Of a stretch of DNA of 64,000 nt, positions 40,017 through 50,745 are shown piece after piece (position 1 is the first letter of the stretch; the number at the start of each line of letters is the position of its first letter). The notes below the pieces were generated by a model. It was given only the letters and a program-made list of their open reading frames with translations, searched no databases and had not been told where the DNA came from. A program made the translations under genes and the position numbers. The stretch covers positions 802 to 64,801 of the forward strand of contig CAYTIA010000005.1 in NCBI GenBank assembly GCA_964437755.1, written 5' to 3'. This DNA comes from an uncultured Pseudomonadales bacterium. Its GTDB lineage: Bacteria; Patescibacteriota; Microgenomatia; UBA1400; PJMF01.

Positions 40017-40454
40017 ATGACTCAAGATCCTACAGGTGACTTACAAAATATACCCCCAGCTCAACAGAATCCAAGCAACGGAGCTTCTGGAGCAAATCCG
40101 CTTGATCAACTGGAGGAGTTGATTAAGAGTGCTCAAAGTAGGGCAGGTCAGTCTTCAGACGGAGGAGAACAGCTATCACAAGGCGTTAATCCAGAAGAAG
40201 AGGCTCAACAATTAGCCGAAGAAGAAAAACAAAAGCTAGAGCAGATTGAACAGATGAAGTTACAAAAGGCCGAAGAAGAAAAAAAGTTAGTTCTTCAACA
40301 GCAACAGTTAATTCAGCAGAATGCAACAGAATCAGTGCAAGCAAAAAATCGGGCTATTGCTAAAGATGAGGAAGCGAAAGAAAGAGAGCCGATTGCAGAT
40401 AGTTTTTTAATTCGGCAGTTAGATCATATAAAAATAAAAAAACCAGTAGATTAA
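40017..40454 (+). CDS. Hypothetical Q/E-rich protein
   Basis: 145-aa low-complexity coiled-coil ORF. Confidence 0.65.
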   Translation: MTQDPTGDLQNIPPAQQNPSNGASGANPLDQLEELIKSAQSRAGQSSDGGEQLSQGVNPEEEAQQLAEEEKQKLEQIEQMKLQKAEEEKKLVLQQQQLIQQNATESVQAKNRAIAKDEEAKEREPIADSFLIRQLDHIKIKKPVD

Positions 40455-40472
40455 CGAATTATATTTTTCAAT

Positions 40473-41087
40473 ATGAAAGGACAGGGCGGAGTTACGAGAC
40501 AATCAGGAGGCATGAGATCAGCGATGGGATCGTTTGGGATGGATAGCGAAAGGATGGAGCAGCAGGCAATGCAAGGGGCGACTCAGCAGAAAGCTATTCA
40601 GCAACAGGCTGGTAATACGGGTACAAAACCCAATCCTCAACAAAATCAATCGCAAACTCAACCTGCTCCTCCTCGCGAAGTGGGTTCTTTTACAGATGAA
40701 CTAATTAAGCGACCTGTAAAAGATGTTGCAAAAGAAATTAGCAAATTTTTCGATTTAAATGATCTTCTTGGGATTAAGCGTGATGATACTCCAGAAGAAA
40801 AAGCTAGAAAAAACAAGACTCACCAGCGTTATCAACAACTAACAAAAGAAGAGCAACGAGTTGCTCAAGAAAAATATCAGAAATCTCTTCAGAAAAAACA
40901 ACAAGAAGAAAAAATCAAACAACAAAAGCAACAAGAAGAACAACAAGCTCAAGCTAGAACTCTTCCATCCGTGGGTAAGACAAGCAAGAGAGGTACTGCC
41001 TTAATGGGTGGTAGTCAGAAAAAACAAGCCGCGGCGAGACTTGAGGACAGCAGAAAGACGATTGGTAAATTAGCCAAGACAGGTTAA
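40473..41087 (+). CDS. Hypothetical Q/K-rich protein
   Basis: 204-aa low-complexity ORF, co-oriented with neighbours. Confidence 0.65.
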   Translation: MKGQGGVTRQSGGMRSAMGSFGMDSERMEQQAMQGATQQKAIQQQAGNTGTKPNPQQNQSQTQPAPPREVGSFTDELIKRPVKDVAKEISKFFDLNDLLGIKRDDTPEEKARKNKTHQRYQQLTKEEQRVAQEKYQKSLQKKQQEEKIKQQKQQEEQQAQARTLPSVGKTSKRGTALMGGSQKKQAAARLEDSRKTIGKLAKTG

Positions 41088-41117
41088 AATTACTCTCCAA
41101 ATAATCCAAAATAAACA

Positions 41118-42548
41118 ATGAAAATTTATAACACCCTTTCTCACCAAGTTGAGGAGTTTAAACCAATCAATCCTGCTGAAGTTAAGTTTTATGCTTGCGG
41201 TCCTACAGTATATGACTATGCCCATATCGGGCACTTACGCAAATACACCATGGATGATATTTTGCTAAAAGTTCTTGAAAAAGAAGGCTACAAAGTTAAG
41301 TTTGTACAGAATGTAACTGATGTTGGTCATTTAGCTTCAGACGCTGATACTGGTGAAGACAAACTTGAAAAGGGAGCAAAAAAATATAAGCAAGATGTTT
41401 GGGCAATTGCCCAAATGTTTGAGGATTACTTTTATTGCTCGATGGAGTTAATGGGTAATCGTAAACCAGATATTTCATGTAAAGCTACTGATCACATCGA
41501 TCAGATGCGAAAAATGGTCGAGACACTTGAAAAAAAAGGTTACACCTATATTATCGAGGATGATGGTGTTTACTATGATAGTAGTAAGTTTCCCGATTAT
41601 CCAAAGTTGGCAAATCTTAATCTTGAGGAGATGATGGAGGGGGCGAGAGTGGAAAAAGTTGAGGGAAAAAGAAATCCAACAGATTTTGCTCTTTGGAAAT
41701 TCGAGCGTCCTGGTGAAAACCGAGCTATGGTTTGGCCAAGCAAGTGGCATCCCCGCAGTTTTCCAGGCTGGCACATTGAGTGTTCAGCGATGAGCATGGA
41801 GTATTTGGGAGATCAGCTCGATATTCATACTGGTGGCATTGATCATATTCCGGTTCATCACACCAACGAGATAGCTCAGTCAGAAGCTAGTTCTGGCAAA
41901 AAACCATTTTCAAGATATTGGGTTCATCATAACTTCTTGGTAGTTGATGGTGAGAAGATGAGCAAATCAAAGGAAAACTTTTATACCATCGATGATGTTT
42001 TAAAAAAGGGTTTTGAGCCAATGGCTTTGCGATTGCTATTTTTGGGAGCTCATTACAAAAGTGAATTAAATTTTACTTGGCAAAGCTTGCAAGCGGCTCA
42101 AACTAGTTGGGAGAAGCTAAGGAGAATAGTTGGAGAACTGAAGTCAGATAAGGTAATTAAAAATGGAGATTTTTCAGAAAAAGCTCATCAATATCGAAAG
42201 CAATTTTTTGAGTTGGTTAACAACGATCTTAACACTCCAGAAGCTTTGGCTATATTTTGGCAAGTTACAAAAGATGAGGATCTTTCCTCAGAGCAAAAAT
42301 ATCAATTACTCCTCGACTTTGATCAAGTTTTTGGACTTGGATTATCTGAAATTAAAGCTCAAGAGGATAGAAAAACTTTGCAAAAAGAAAATTTACCAGT
42401 TGAGGTACAGCGGTTGCTGGATCAAAGAACAGAAGCCAGAAAAAATCATGATTACGATTTAGCAGATGAGCTTAGAGATCAACTCATAGCTCGCGGTTAT
42501 ACACTTATTGACAAAGAAAATGAGCAGTTAATTTTTTTAACGGAATAA
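41118..42548 (+). CDS. cysS: Cysteine--tRNA ligase
   Basis: CGPTVY..AHIGH, PGWHIECS, HHTNE, KMSKS. Confidence 0.98.
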   Translation: MKIYNTLSHQVEEFKPINPAEVKFYACGPTVYDYAHIGHLRKYTMDDILLKVLEKEGYKVKFVQNVTDVGHLASDADTGEDKLEKGAKKYKQDVWAIAQMFEDYFYCSMELMGNRKPDISCKATDHIDQMRKMVETLEKKGYTYIIEDDGVYYDSSKFPDYPKLANLNLEEMMEGARVEKVEGKRNPTDFALWKFERPGENRAMVWPSKWHPRSFPGWHIECSAMSMEYLGDQLDIHTGGIDHIPVHHTNEIAQSEASSGKKPFSRYWVHHNFLVVDGEKMSKSKENFYTIDDVLKKGFEPMALRLLFLGAHYKSELNFTWQSLQAAQTSWEKLRRIVGELKSDKVIKNGDFSEKAHQYRKQFFELVNNDLNTPEALAIFWQVTKDEDLSSEQKYQLLLDFDQVFGLGLSEIKAQEDRKTLQKENLPVEVQRLLDQRTEARKNHDYDLADELRDQLIARGYTLIDKENEQLIFLTE

Positions 42549-42576
42549 CATATTTAATTACTTTTAATGTCAATTT

Positions 42577-43617
42577 ATGATAAATAATCATGCATCGCTA
42601 GAAGATAATAATTTTGAAGGGAAATCTTCATCAGACGACCAAAAGCTATTACAAGCAAAAATGAAACGTTCCTTGTTGATATTGACGGTTGTTATATTGG
42701 TGTTGATCCTGACTTCAATAATTGCATATTTCCTTGTGCAAAATCAACTATCACGCATGATTGACCAGAATAACTCCCTTTTCCCATCAACAGATCAATC
42801 AGTAGATTCTACATCCCAGGATCGGCAAGTTATTGACTTTTCTCAAGTGGAGATTGAACTGGACGGTTTTGAAGAAAAGTTAGGTATTTTTGCTCCAGAA
42901 AAATCTTTTGATCAATTCACCTGGCAAAATTTTACTGGTGAAGTTTCCAAAGACGGAAAACTTATTTATGAGCCAGTTATTCTTTCGGGGATAAGATACA
43001 CAATGCAGACAGCTAAAAATGCGGGCATTAATTCACAGAGTGATGTGATAGCGTTCTTGGAAGATCGTTATTTTTATCCAAGTGATGCGAATTGGGATGG
43101 AATAAATGTATTGGGTTTTCAAAAAGATAAAATTGTATGTTTATTTATCTCAGATGAGTATCAAGCCGAATCTTCGAGTTCAGGAAATATTACTGAGACT
43201 TTGTCTTGCGGACAACTTTTAGAGTTCAATCGAGTTGAGTTTAATACTGCTTCAGAATTAATTGATCACTTAAAACTTGTTTTTGGAAAGGTTGGTGGAG
43301 AGTTTAAGGATTTATCAGGCTTTTCTTATTATTCTCTTGCTGATGATCAAGAAAAAACTATTTCTGGAGACGGAATCACTATTGAAGGACAAAATGGGGT
43401 TGAGTTTGCCAACTATCTTCGAACGCAAGGGTATTTAAATCAATCTTGGGGTGCATTTGATGGTCCATTTAGTAGTGGGGTAGGGTGTAGTAATGGGAAA
43501 ATATCCTGTCAGGTGACTCAAATTTTTTCCACAAGCGGTGATCACGCTGGAGAAGTTCAGAGTTCAGGGGAAGTTGACCAAACATCCATTGTTTGTACTA
43601 ATGAGGTTGTGCGGTAA
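42577..43617 (+). CDS. Membrane-anchored hypothetical protein with two similar Cys-containing domains
   Basis: One TM helix; GFQKDKIVC...LSCG and GCSNGKISC...IVCT. Confidence 0.7.
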   Translation: MINNHASLEDNNFEGKSSSDDQKLLQAKMKRSLLILTVVILVLILTSIIAYFLVQNQLSRMIDQNNSLFPSTDQSVDSTSQDRQVIDFSQVEIELDGFEEKLGIFAPEKSFDQFTWQNFTGEVSKDGKLIYEPVILSGIRYTMQTAKNAGINSQSDVIAFLEDRYFYPSDANWDGINVLGFQKDKIVCLFISDEYQAESSSSGNITETLSCGQLLEFNRVEFNTASELIDHLKLVFGKVGGEFKDLSGFSYYSLADDQEKTISGDGITIEGQNGVEFANYLRTQGYLNQSWGAFDGPFSSGVGCSNGKISCQVTQIFSTSGDHAGEVQSSGEVDQTSIVCTNEVVR

Positions 43618-43670
43618 TTAAGAACATATATGAGATGGGAAAGTTTTTTAATCAGTTTTTTCTTTAGAAA

Positions 43671-44282
43671 ATGAATATTCACCTCAATTTTTCTAGATCC
43701 CAAGTCTCTAATAACACAAATGAAAATCTTAGACATTTATCTTCAGAAGATGGTGTGAATGGTGAATCTCTTTCAGCTTTTGATAAAGCACTTCAAGAAA
43801 AAAAATTATCTTCATATGAAAGAACTGTTTTGATTGTATTTGGATTGTCATTTTTGATTGCTGGGATTTTTCTATTTAGAGTAGCATATGTTGCTCAAAG
43901 TGAAAATCAAATGATCAACCACACTGTGTCGATATATGAGAGTTCTCAGATAAGCTTAGAACATGATGATGATTCATTGGTAGAAAAAAGAGTTGTCCAG
44001 GTTAAACCAGTGATTCAATATGGTTGGTCGGTTGTTTTTACTTATACTGGAGTTTATCTTCTCTCCGTGCTTTTAATGAAGCCATTCATTATTGCTTTTA
44101 TGTCAGGTTTGTGGGGAGTTTTACTAACTTCAGTTTTTATTTTTGGATATTGGGATCATCAGATGCCGGTTCAAATAAAAGTGATTTTAATAATATTTTT
44201 TTTAATCTCTCTTGGAATATGTGCTCTATCATTTTCTTTGGTGAAAAATATCAAACACGAAATTATTATTAATAAAAAATGA
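43671..44282 (+). CDS. Hypothetical membrane protein
   Basis: About four hydrophobic segments. Confidence 0.65.
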   Translation: MNIHLNFSRSQVSNNTNENLRHLSSEDGVNGESLSAFDKALQEKKLSSYERTVLIVFGLSFLIAGIFLFRVAYVAQSENQMINHTVSIYESSQISLEHDDDSLVEKRVVQVKPVIQYGWSVVFTYTGVYLLSVLLMKPFIIAFMSGLWGVLLTSVFIFGYWDHQMPVQIKVILIIFFLISLGICALSFSLVKNIKHEIIINKK

Positions 44283-45211
44283 TAGATCACTTTCAGACAC
44301 AATTAGTTGAATTTCCAACTCCAGACAATCTTTTACTCCCAGGTTTGTTGTTTACTCCCTCCAAACAAACTAAAAAAGCGGCCATCTTTTTGCATGGTAA
44401 CGGTAGCTCATCGGTTTTTTATTCAGTGAAAAGAGCCAATGCATTAGCTAAATCTTTTTGTTCACAAGGCATGGCTTTGTTGCTTTTTAATAATCGAGGT
44501 GCTCACTACATTAAAAAGTTGACTAAAATTGATGAGGTAGGAGAGGAGATAGAGGATGTCTTGCTGGGTACAGCTCTTGAGATAATTAAGGATGTGGTGC
44601 ATGATATTGACGGGGCGGTGAATTACTTGCAAAAACATGGTTATCAACAGTTTTATTTGATTGGTCATTCGACTGGTGCAAACAAGATCTGTGTTTATAA
44701 TCACTATCAACCAGACAATGTTTTTGAAAAATATATCCTTTTGGGAGGAGGTGATGATACGGGCTTATTTTTTCATGAATGTAGTAATGTGAGTCAATTC
44801 AGGCAACTGCTTGAAAAAGCAAAAGATATGATTGATCAGCACAGGGGGCAAGAGCTGGTACCTCAAAACTTTTCAAACTCAATGATCTCTTACCAGTCAT
44901 TTTTTGACATTGCTAATCCTGATGGTGATTACAACTGTTTTCCTTTTAAAGAGTATCTAGAACAACTGCAGTTATCCTCAAAGTCGTTATTTAGATACTT
45001 TAGGGCTATTAAAAAGCCTTCGTTGGTTGTTTATGGAGAGAATGACCAGTATGCAGCAGAAAAATCAGGGCAAAAAGCCAATGAGGTTCTTTCGAGCTTA
45101 ACTAAAGATAAAAAAAATTTTGAATTTGAAATAATAACCCAAGCTGATCATAGCTTTCATGGATTTGAAAAAGAGTTGGGAGAGTTAATTGCTGATTGGT
45201 TAAAAGATTAG
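44279..45211 (+). CDS. Alpha/beta hydrolase (DUF1749-like)
   Basis: FLHGN, GHSTG nucleophile elbow, YGEND, ADHSF. Confidence 0.88.
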   Translation: MIDHFQTQLVEFPTPDNLLLPGLLFTPSKQTKKAAIFLHGNGSSSVFYSVKRANALAKSFCSQGMALLLFNNRGAHYIKKLTKIDEVGEEIEDVLLGTALEIIKDVVHDIDGAVNYLQKHGYQQFYLIGHSTGANKICVYNHYQPDNVFEKYILLGGGDDTGLFFHECSNVSQFRQLLEKAKDMIDQHRGQELVPQNFSNSMISYQSFFDIANPDGDYNCFPFKEYLEQLQLSSKSLFRYFRAIKKPSLVVYGENDQYAAEKSGQKANEVLSSLTKDKKNFEFEIITQADHSFHGFEKELGELIADWLKD

Positions 45212-45885
45212 AGATGTCCGCTCTGTTTTAATGAAAGATAGTTTTTACTCGAGACAATGACGTGATCTATCAGTTCAATTCCCATTAAGTTAGCCCCTTT
45301 TGCAATCTGTTTAGTGACCTCAATATCTTGTTGACTTGGCTGGCAGTTACCAGAGGGATGATTATGAACCAAGAAAAATCCTGAAGCTGGTATGGTAATT
45401 GCTGGCTCCAGTATTTGTCTAAATTCAAGAAAATTTTGATTTAATGATCCAATAGCTAATGTTTTTTTGTGAAGCAGCTGCTTGCTCCCATTAACATATA
45501 AAGCCAGGCATATCTCTTGTTTACAATCTTTAATGTCAAAAGTTTGGTAAAAAATTTTACTTGGATTATCAAGAGACACAAGTTCAGAATCATCTTTATA
45601 ACGTCTGGCTAACTCAAAAGCTGCCAGCAGAGTTGAGGCTTTTGAGATACCAATTCCTGTGTGCTGACAGACCTCTTTTTCGGTTAACTGAAGTAGTTGA
45701 GATAAGCTTGGTTTGTTAATTTTTTTTGCTAACTCCATTACCGAATGTTTTTTGCTGCCAGTATTTAAGAGAATTGCTAATAATTCAGTGATCGTAAGAT
45801 TCTTTGCACCAAACTCTCTCATCTTTTCTCTTGGCTTGTAGGTGTTTGCTAAATCCTTAAAACACTTTTTTGAGATATTTGTCAT
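45208..45885 (-). CDS. radC: RadC/JAB-domain protein
   Basis: PREKM, ELLAILL.TG, GIG..KA, HNHPSG, LIDHVI. Confidence 0.93.
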   Translation of the reverse strand: MTNISKKCFKDLANTYKPREKMREFGAKNLTITELLAILLNTGSKKHSVMELAKKINKPSLSQLLQLTEKEVCQHTGIGISKASTLLAAFELARRYKDDSELVSLDNPSKIFYQTFDIKDCKQEICLALYVNGSKQLLHKKTLAIGSLNQNFLEFRQILEPAITIPASGFFLVHNHPSGNCQPSQQDIEVTKQIAKGANLMGIELIDHVIVSSKNYLSLKQSGHL

Positions 45886-45928
45886 CAAAAAAAATATAGA
45901 GGAGCTGGCTGAAAATGAGCTGAGTAAA

Positions 45929-47029
45929 CTAAGCTAGTTTTTGGAGAATTTCCATTAGTTTTGAGTAAAATCTCAAGTTGTGGATGGTGGCTAGTCTATA
46001 AGCAGTGCCGTCTTTAATCTTAAAAAGATGATGAAGATAAGCTCGTGAGTAGTTTTGGCAGGTAAAACAATCACAGTGATGACTAATAGGTTCAAGATCA
46101 TTCTTGTGAGCACCCCTATCAAGATAAACATACTGATACCAGCTTTTATCAGTATGAGGATCAATCTCATCAGGATTAGTAGCAAAGGCGTACAGTCTTT
46201 TATGACGAGCATCTCTGGTTGGTAGAACGCAATCAAAAAAATGATAGCCCATTTTTGTTAACCTGACGATATTCTCAGGTGAACCAACGCCGAGAGCAAA
46301 CTTTAAACTCTCGGTTGGCAAAACATCATTATTTTGCTCACACATCTCGTAATCAAATTGACCATCTTTTAAAAATGGCCAACCACCCAAACCATAAATA
46401 TCAAAATTAATATTAACCAGTTGTTGAGCACATTCTCTTCTCAAATCATAATAATTATGACCTTGTATAGGAGCAATTAATAATGGTCTTTTTACATCAG
46501 AAAAGCCATTTATCTTAACTTGTTTCTCGAATTCCACCTTACTTCGCTCGGCCCAAGCAATGGTTCTGATGACGCTTTGCTTGGCTCTGTTTGTATCAGC
46601 TTCGGGTGGAGTAAAGTCATCTAGGCAAACCATGATATCACTGCCAATAACGAACTGAATACGAATCGATTCCTCGGGTGTAAAAAGATATTTTTTTTGT
46701 TGATTTTTTCCCGAATAGAGAATTACTCCTTCATCAATAATTCTTCCTAACTCTGGATTCTTATTGATCAGGGAAAACAGCTGGAAACCACCTGAGTCTG
46801 AGGTGATCAACCCGTTCCAGTTCATTAATTTTTTAATTCCTCCAATTTTTTTTAGGAGTTCTAATCCCGGTTTTTCACGAAGGTGATAGGTATTAACCAC
46901 AAGTCCTTTTATGCCGGTCTCAACAACATCTTGTGAGGAAAGTGACCTAACAACCCCTAGTGTAGCATCGGGAGAGTAGAGAGGTAGCTTATAGTTTTTC
47001 AGTAAATTTTTTACTGCAGGAGAGATCAT
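45929..47029 (-). CDS. tgt: tRNA-guanine transglycosylase
   Basis: NTYHL, DSGGFQ, DCVLPTR.ARH, CDCFTC...HN. Confidence 0.93.
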   Translation of the reverse strand: MISPAVKNLLKNYKLPLYSPDATLGVVRSLSSQDVVETGIKGLVVNTYHLREKPGLELLKKIGGIKKLMNWNGLITSDSGGFQLFSLINKNPELGRIIDEGVILYSGKNQQKKYLFTPEESIRIQFVIGSDIMVCLDDFTPPEADTNRAKQSVIRTIAWAERSKVEFEKQVKINGFSDVKRPLLIAPIQGHNYYDLRRECAQQLVNINFDIYGLGGWPFLKDGQFDYEMCEQNNDVLPTESLKFALGVGSPENIVRLTKMGYHFFDCVLPTRDARHKRLYAFATNPDEIDPHTDKSWYQYVYLDRGAHKNDLEPISHHCDCFTCQNYSRAYLHHLFKIKDGTAYRLATIHNLRFYSKLMEILQKLA

Positions 47030-47034
47030 GATGA

Positions 47035-47604
47035 TTAACCCTCAAGAAGCACAGAAAAAATTTGAGAAAACTCATTTATCTTAGCAACTATAGCTACTAT
47101 CAGCAGAATCACAGCGATAGTAATCATTAGTGTTGCTAGCCAACTATTCCATGAACTTTCTTTTTTAATTAGATAAGTACCAGATAGCATGTCATGCCAA
47201 GTTTGTTTATTTTTATCTTTAATCATCCATAAAAAACCTAGACAAAATGTGAAGTGGCTGACTTGTTTGGCCACAAATTCTCTGAAAAATGCCATCCAAA
47301 ATGATAAATGAGCTTCTTCTTCATCAACTACTTCAATTCCCCAAATTTGTTTACCAAGAGTAGCTCCAATATTTGATATAAACCAAGAATGGTAAAAGAA
47401 AGAAAATACTAAAGAAGGAATTGAGATTAAAAAGAAGTAGATGACAATTCTATAAACTAAGTCGGTTGGATCAACTGAGTTTAATAAATAATAGATTCCC
47501 AGTAAGGGCATTATGCCGAGGATCATTTGGTCACATACGACCGCTAACCATCTTTGCCAAAAAGTTGCATAATTTCTATCTAGTTGAGTGGGTTGGATTG
47601 ACAT
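47035..47604 (-). CDS. RDD-family membrane protein
   Basis: ATFWQR..A...D, GATLGK..GI.V, QTWHD. Confidence 0.9.
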   Translation of the reverse strand: MSIQPTQLDRNYATFWQRWLAVVCDQMILGIMPLLGIYYLLNSVDPTDLVYRIVIYFFLISIPSLVFSFFYHSWFISNIGATLGKQIWGIEVVDEEEAHLSFWMAFFREFVAKQVSHFTFCLGFLWMIKDKNKQTWHDMLSGTYLIKKESSWNSWLATLMITIAVILLIVAIVAKINEFSQIFSVLLEG

Positions 47605-47621
47605 AATAGTTTTATTTATCG

Positions 47622-48878
47622 CTAATTATCTATATTTTTAGATTTATTGTTTTCAACAAGGTATTGATATGCCCAATACCAATTTGCGTGCTTGATTGGA
47701 GTAGAAACTAGTTGTAAGGCCAAGAGAAGAATGCTGGTGAGTATGGTTGTAATGATGACTCCGAAAATTGCCACAGGTGTTAAACTCTCTAGAATAATTT
47801 GAATAATTTGTCCTGGATCAGAAGTGTTGCTCACAGTTTGCCAAATGTTCTTGATAAAAGAGTAGAGAAACGAACCAACTGGAACCAATGCGATTAAAGG
47901 TAATAGTAGCCCAAAAATTATAAAGTGAACAAAACCAAGACCAAACAGTTTTCCCGCCGTACCTTTGTTGCCAGCTAGTTCAAAGGCCTGATTATAACTT
48001 TCTTTGGCTGGTTGAAGATCTCTCAAAGCAATGGTCCAGTATCCAAGAATTTGGGCGACTGTGGTTCTAATCACTTTCTTCAATGAGAAGATAAACAGAG
48101 CTATTCCAAGACCAATAAACAATAGCCCATATATTTTTTTATCAAAAGTCAGGGCAATTCCAGAAATAAAAATACCAACACCTCCAAAAAATGCCATCAT
48201 CCACAGAAAGATTTTGAGGGTTGGAATAATTAACATCCACACCATTGGCTTGATTCTTTTTGAAGACTCTTTGGTAACGGTAGATAGTTTCCAGTTATTA
48301 TTGTCGATAGTTGCAGCCTGATGAGTGCCATACATCATGGCGACTCTGGCCCAGATTCCGACTAAATATGAAAACAAGATTAAAGCAATGCCAAGCAAAA
48401 CAATTTCTATCGGAAAAGATATCTTCATCCATGGAGAAAGACGCTTAACGCCGTTGGTAAATGCTTTGCCGATGTTGTTGAGGACAATCGATGATTTTGA
48501 ATAAAGGTTATTGATTACTTCTGGATCACTTTCAATTCCCATTTCTCTAAAAAGTTCAGTTGAGCTATTAAATTCATTAGTAAAATCTGTGTTTACAGTT
48601 GATATTAGTTCATCTTCAGTTAATGTCTCAAACTCTTCCTCTTGATCATCCAAGATGACTTCATTAATTTCTGAATCATTATCTTTGTCTGAAGAACTAG
48701 AAGAACCACCGCTATTAAAATTTGAACTTGAACTACTCGAGCCGGCCAAAACTAAAAAAACTACGCTTAAAAGTAACAGTTTTGGATTTCTTTTTAACAG
48801 CTGAATTGATTGTTTAAAAAAGTCGGTTATATTCCAGGATAATTTTTGGGAATTTGGAGTTTGGTTTTCTGTTGACAT
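47622..48878 (-). CDS. Hypothetical multi-pass membrane protein
   Basis: Several TM segments, Ser-rich/acidic loop; start chosen at MSTEN. Confidence 0.7.
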   Translation of the reverse strand: MSTENQTPNSQKLSWNITDFFKQSIQLLKRNPKLLLLSVVFLVLAGSSSSSSNFNSGGSSSSSDKDNDSEINEVILDDQEEEFETLTEDELISTVNTDFTNEFNSSTELFREMGIESDPEVINNLYSKSSIVLNNIGKAFTNGVKRLSPWMKISFPIEIVLLGIALILFSYLVGIWARVAMMYGTHQAATIDNNNWKLSTVTKESSKRIKPMVWMLIIPTLKIFLWMMAFFGGVGIFISGIALTFDKKIYGLLFIGLGIALFIFSLKKVIRTTVAQILGYWTIALRDLQPAKESYNQAFELAGNKGTAGKLFGLGFVHFIIFGLLLPLIALVPVGSFLYSFIKNIWQTVSNTSDPGQIIQIILESLTPVAIFGVIITTILTSILLLALQLVSTPIKHANWYWAYQYLVENNKSKNIDN

Positions 48879-49069
48879 AAACGATAATAAATATCTACGA
48901 CTATATATATTATGAGTATAAAACAATTATTAATTAATATTTTCTAACCTGGAGTAATTATATCGAATATTGTTTGAGTAAACAATAAATTGTTTTTGAT
49001 TTAAATAAACTTTGATTTCTAATTAAGAATGTAGTAGAGTATGCACCGTTATCAAAGTTCAAAAAAAAC

Positions 49070-49603
49070 ATGTCACAAAAAAAACAACTCTATGCACTCA
49101 TAATTGGTGGGGTAGCACTGTTACTAATAGCAACTATTGCTTATGGAAATCGTAACAATAAGGCTATGGTTGGTGGTGGAGATAATACAAATCAAGAAGA
49201 GGAAGTTTTAGACATTGCTCAAGATATATTTATAGAGGAAGAAGTTACTCCAGAGGCAACTGGCGCCGGAGTTTTGGGCGCTGAAGTTTCAAAAGAAACT
49301 GAGGTCAAAGTTGTTGCGCCAAATCAAGAGAAACAACAATACGTTTTATTTTATGGAGAAACATGTCCACATTGCCATGTTGTAATGGATTGGATGGATG
49401 AAACAGGTGTCGATTCCCGTTTGGATATTACTCGAAAAGAAGTTTACAACAATCAACAGTTTTCGGAGCAGATGAAGTTAGCAGCACAAAACTGTGGCAT
49501 TGACAGAATTGGCGTCCCATTTTTATATGACGCTAGCCAAAAAGAATGTGTAGTTGGCTCAACCCCAATTATTGATCATTTAACTGCAAAACTTGGTTTA
49601 TAA
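49070..49603 (+). CDS. Membrane-anchored thioredoxin/glutaredoxin-fold protein
   Basis: N-terminal TM, FYGETCPHC, GVPFL. Confidence 0.85.
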   Translation: MSQKKQLYALIIGGVALLLIATIAYGNRNNKAMVGGGDNTNQEEEVLDIAQDIFIEEEVTPEATGAGVLGAEVSKETEVKVVAPNQEKQQYVLFYGETCPHCHVVMDWMDETGVDSRLDITRKEVYNNQQFSEQMKLAAQNCGIDRIGVPFLYDASQKECVVGSTPIIDHLTAKLGL

Positions 49604-49650
49604 ATCAAGAGCAGTGGTTTTTAAATTAGCGCAATCTTATTATTTTTGCG

Positions 49651-50211
49651 ATGAGAGAATCTCAGTCAAATTCGATACGGAAGTTTGTTTTATTGTCCAA
49701 CGATCCCCTTAAGCTCAGAGAAAAGTTTTTAAATCGCTTATCTCTAGGAAATCTGACTCGCGATGAAGACTCAGCTTCTCACTTTTGTGTTTTCTTTGCA
49801 CCATTTGATCCTGTTTCTAAACAGGTTTTTCTTGGACATCATGTCAAAGGTGATAGGTGGTTATTTAATGGAGGACACCTAGATTTGGGAGAATCTCCTC
49901 AAGAAACTCTTAGGCGAGAGATGGCTGAAGAGTGGGGAGCAAACATAGGGTTAGTAAAAATCTGCGATCAACATTTAATAACTGTAACCAATATTACCAA
50001 TACCGTTAGGTCTTGCAAAACTCATTTTGATCTTTGGTTTTTTCTTGAAGTTAATCAGCAAAACTTTTTTCCTGATGAAAAAAAGATGGCTAAAGAGTTT
50101 CATCAGTGGGGATGGAAAACCAAAAAAGAGGCTCTAGCTTTATGTCATGAAAATGGAGCCGATATTTCACAAGCAATAAAAATTATTTTTGAAAATTTAA
50201 TCAGATCATGA
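49651..50211 (+). CDS. NUDIX hydrolase
   Basis: GGHLDLGESPQETLRREMAEEWG. Confidence 0.9.
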   Translation: MRESQSNSIRKFVLLSNDPLKLREKFLNRLSLGNLTRDEDSASHFCVFFAPFDPVSKQVFLGHHVKGDRWLFNGGHLDLGESPQETLRREMAEEWGANIGLVKICDQHLITVTNITNTVRSCKTHFDLWFFLEVNQQNFFPDEKKMAKEFHQWGWKTKKEALALCHENGADISQAIKIIFENLIRS

Positions 50212-50678
50212 ACAATCAACCAAGACAAATTTTTAGAACCATTGCGGTTGGATTGCTTATTTCTGCCGATGATAAGGTGCTACTTGGTAAAAAGAGAGAT
50301 GGAGGAGTATATCCAGACTGTTGGCATTTACCTGGGGGCGGAGTAAAGAAAGATGAAACAATCGAGCAGGCTTTAGCTAGAGAAATAAAGGAAGAAACAG
50401 GATTTAATCTTAGGTCTGAAGGTGTGGCAGTTAGATTAATTGATGATAGGGGTAGGGGAGAGCATTTCAAAAAAACTACCAGTGGAGAAAAGGTGTTGGC
50501 GAAAATGCAGTTTGTGGTTTATGAGGTGAGGTTGAGCGCGAACTCGGCAGATATTAACTTAAAACCAGGTGATGATTTGGGTGAGTTGAAGTGGATAAGA
50601 CTTGATCAACTGGACAAATATCAGCATACTCCACCTTCGATTGAGTTATTCAGGCGACTTGGCCTGATGAAAAATTAA
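50208..50678 (+). CDS. NUDIX hydrolase
   Basis: PGGGVKKDETIEQALAREIKEETG; ATGA overlap with the previous gene. Confidence 0.92.
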   Translation: MNNQPRQIFRTIAVGLLISADDKVLLGKKRDGGVYPDCWHLPGGGVKKDETIEQALAREIKEETGFNLRSEGVAVRLIDDRGRGEHFKKTTSGEKVLAKMQFVVYEVRLSANSADINLKPGDDLGELKWIRLDQLDKYQHTPPSIELFRRLGLMKN

Positions 50679-50745
50679 GTGACCTTTTTGAACTTTGCTT
50701 GTCTTAAAACGATTTCTATTAAGAAGTAAAAAGAGTTAGTACTAT

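Noticed and set aside
45208-45885. radC as a marker of a mobile element
   Set aside because: Full-length chromosomal type with N-terminal HhH region; no integrase, transposase or flanking repeats nearby
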